Shown: in pieces, positions 41,670 through 42,062 of the stretch | Numbering within the stretch: position 1 is the stretch's first letter | How the letters are laid out: each line of letters starts with the position of its first letter | Source of the DNA: a virus | Taxonomy: Duplodnaviria > Caudoviricetes | Length of the DNA: 42,062 bases | IMG/VR virus record: IMGVR_UViG_3300034126_000011 | Coordinates: 1 to 42,062 of that record | Strand: one strand, 5' to 3' | Notes under the pieces: generated by a model | Seen by the model: only the letters and a program-made list of their open reading frames with translations | Database searches by the model: none | Told to the model about the DNA's origin: nothing | Translations under genes and position numbers: made by a program

Positions 41670-42062
41670 ATGCTGGGATCCGTCCCTCTGTTTATCCTTC
41701 TCTGGACGATCTCCTCCCTACCCATATGCTGGCCTAGGTCAACCGTCCTCGCGTCTCCTGCGCCCTCTCAGGGCCTCTCAGCCCGTGTTGACATCGCGCC
41801 TCAATGTATGCCGGGAGCTGACTCGGCCAAGCCCGACGAATGGTCATTGACTCGTCGATGCTCCTCGTGATTCAATGAGCACCTCGTCAAGGATCAACGA
41901 CAGGGCGCGGGAGGTCGGCCAAGCGGCATGCGACAGGGGGGGTATCGTGCGTTTTGAGTCCGAGGGATGCCAGCGCATAAGGATTTAATTTTTGGGTCGC
42001 ACTCTAGTCAGCCCTCTGATAACAAAGGGCTCAGTACAGTACTACGGTAACTCTTCCCACTC
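41670..42062. repeat. Direct terminal repeat, copy at early (left) genome end
   Basis: Near-identical to 1-393; includes the last 21 nt of the final late gene and its hairpin. Confidence 0.9.

Noticed and set aside
41392-41870. Short ORFs on both strands near the left end
   Set aside because: They lie in promoter, low-complexity or terminal-repeat DNA upstream of the early promoters, with no convincing RBS
1-42062. tRNA genes, integrase/repressor, host genes
   Set aside because: None recognised by eye; tRNAscan and profile searches would be needed to exclude them formally

Overview
The window is an essentially complete ~42 kb lytic podophage genome of the T7 supergroup (Autographiviridae-type), shown reverse-complemented: every credible gene is on the minus strand. 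It is bounded by ~393-bp direct terminal repeats (1-393 and 41670-42062). It has phiKMV-type organisation, read from 42062 downward. First come five tandem sigma70 promoters and ~20 small early genes. Next is the replication module: primase, helicase, family A DNA polymerase, exonuclease, endonuclease VII, phosphoesterase, a DUF5664-like protein and ligase. A single-subunit RNA polymerase ends that module. The late genes follow: portal, scaffold, capsid, tail tube A/B, three ejection proteins, a beta-helix tailspike, holin, terminases, a repeat protein, SAR endolysin and spanins. A Pseudomonas-like host is an inference from GC-rich composition and gene families, not something the sequence shows. 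The phage RNAP promoter can be read directly (AAATCAATTGGGCACCCATAGACTAC, 4 full copies plus 1 partial). The most unusual observations: (1) a small early ORF carries a near-copy of a conserved RNAP motif (IAPNxxHSxDAA) behind a Cys/His knuckle, with synonymous divergence from the RNAP gene; (2) a second ORF has a similar knuckle fused to a degenerate terminase-like P-loop; (3) an unexplained, co-oriented 28-29 bp bipartite element occurs four times in the host-transcribed half; (4) hairpins are built into the capsid and tailspike promoters; (5) the largest ejection protein has an unassigned domain; (6) several unannotated micro-ORFs exist, including a histone H1/AlgP-like 31-mer. All functional calls come from motif recognition by eye; no searches were run.
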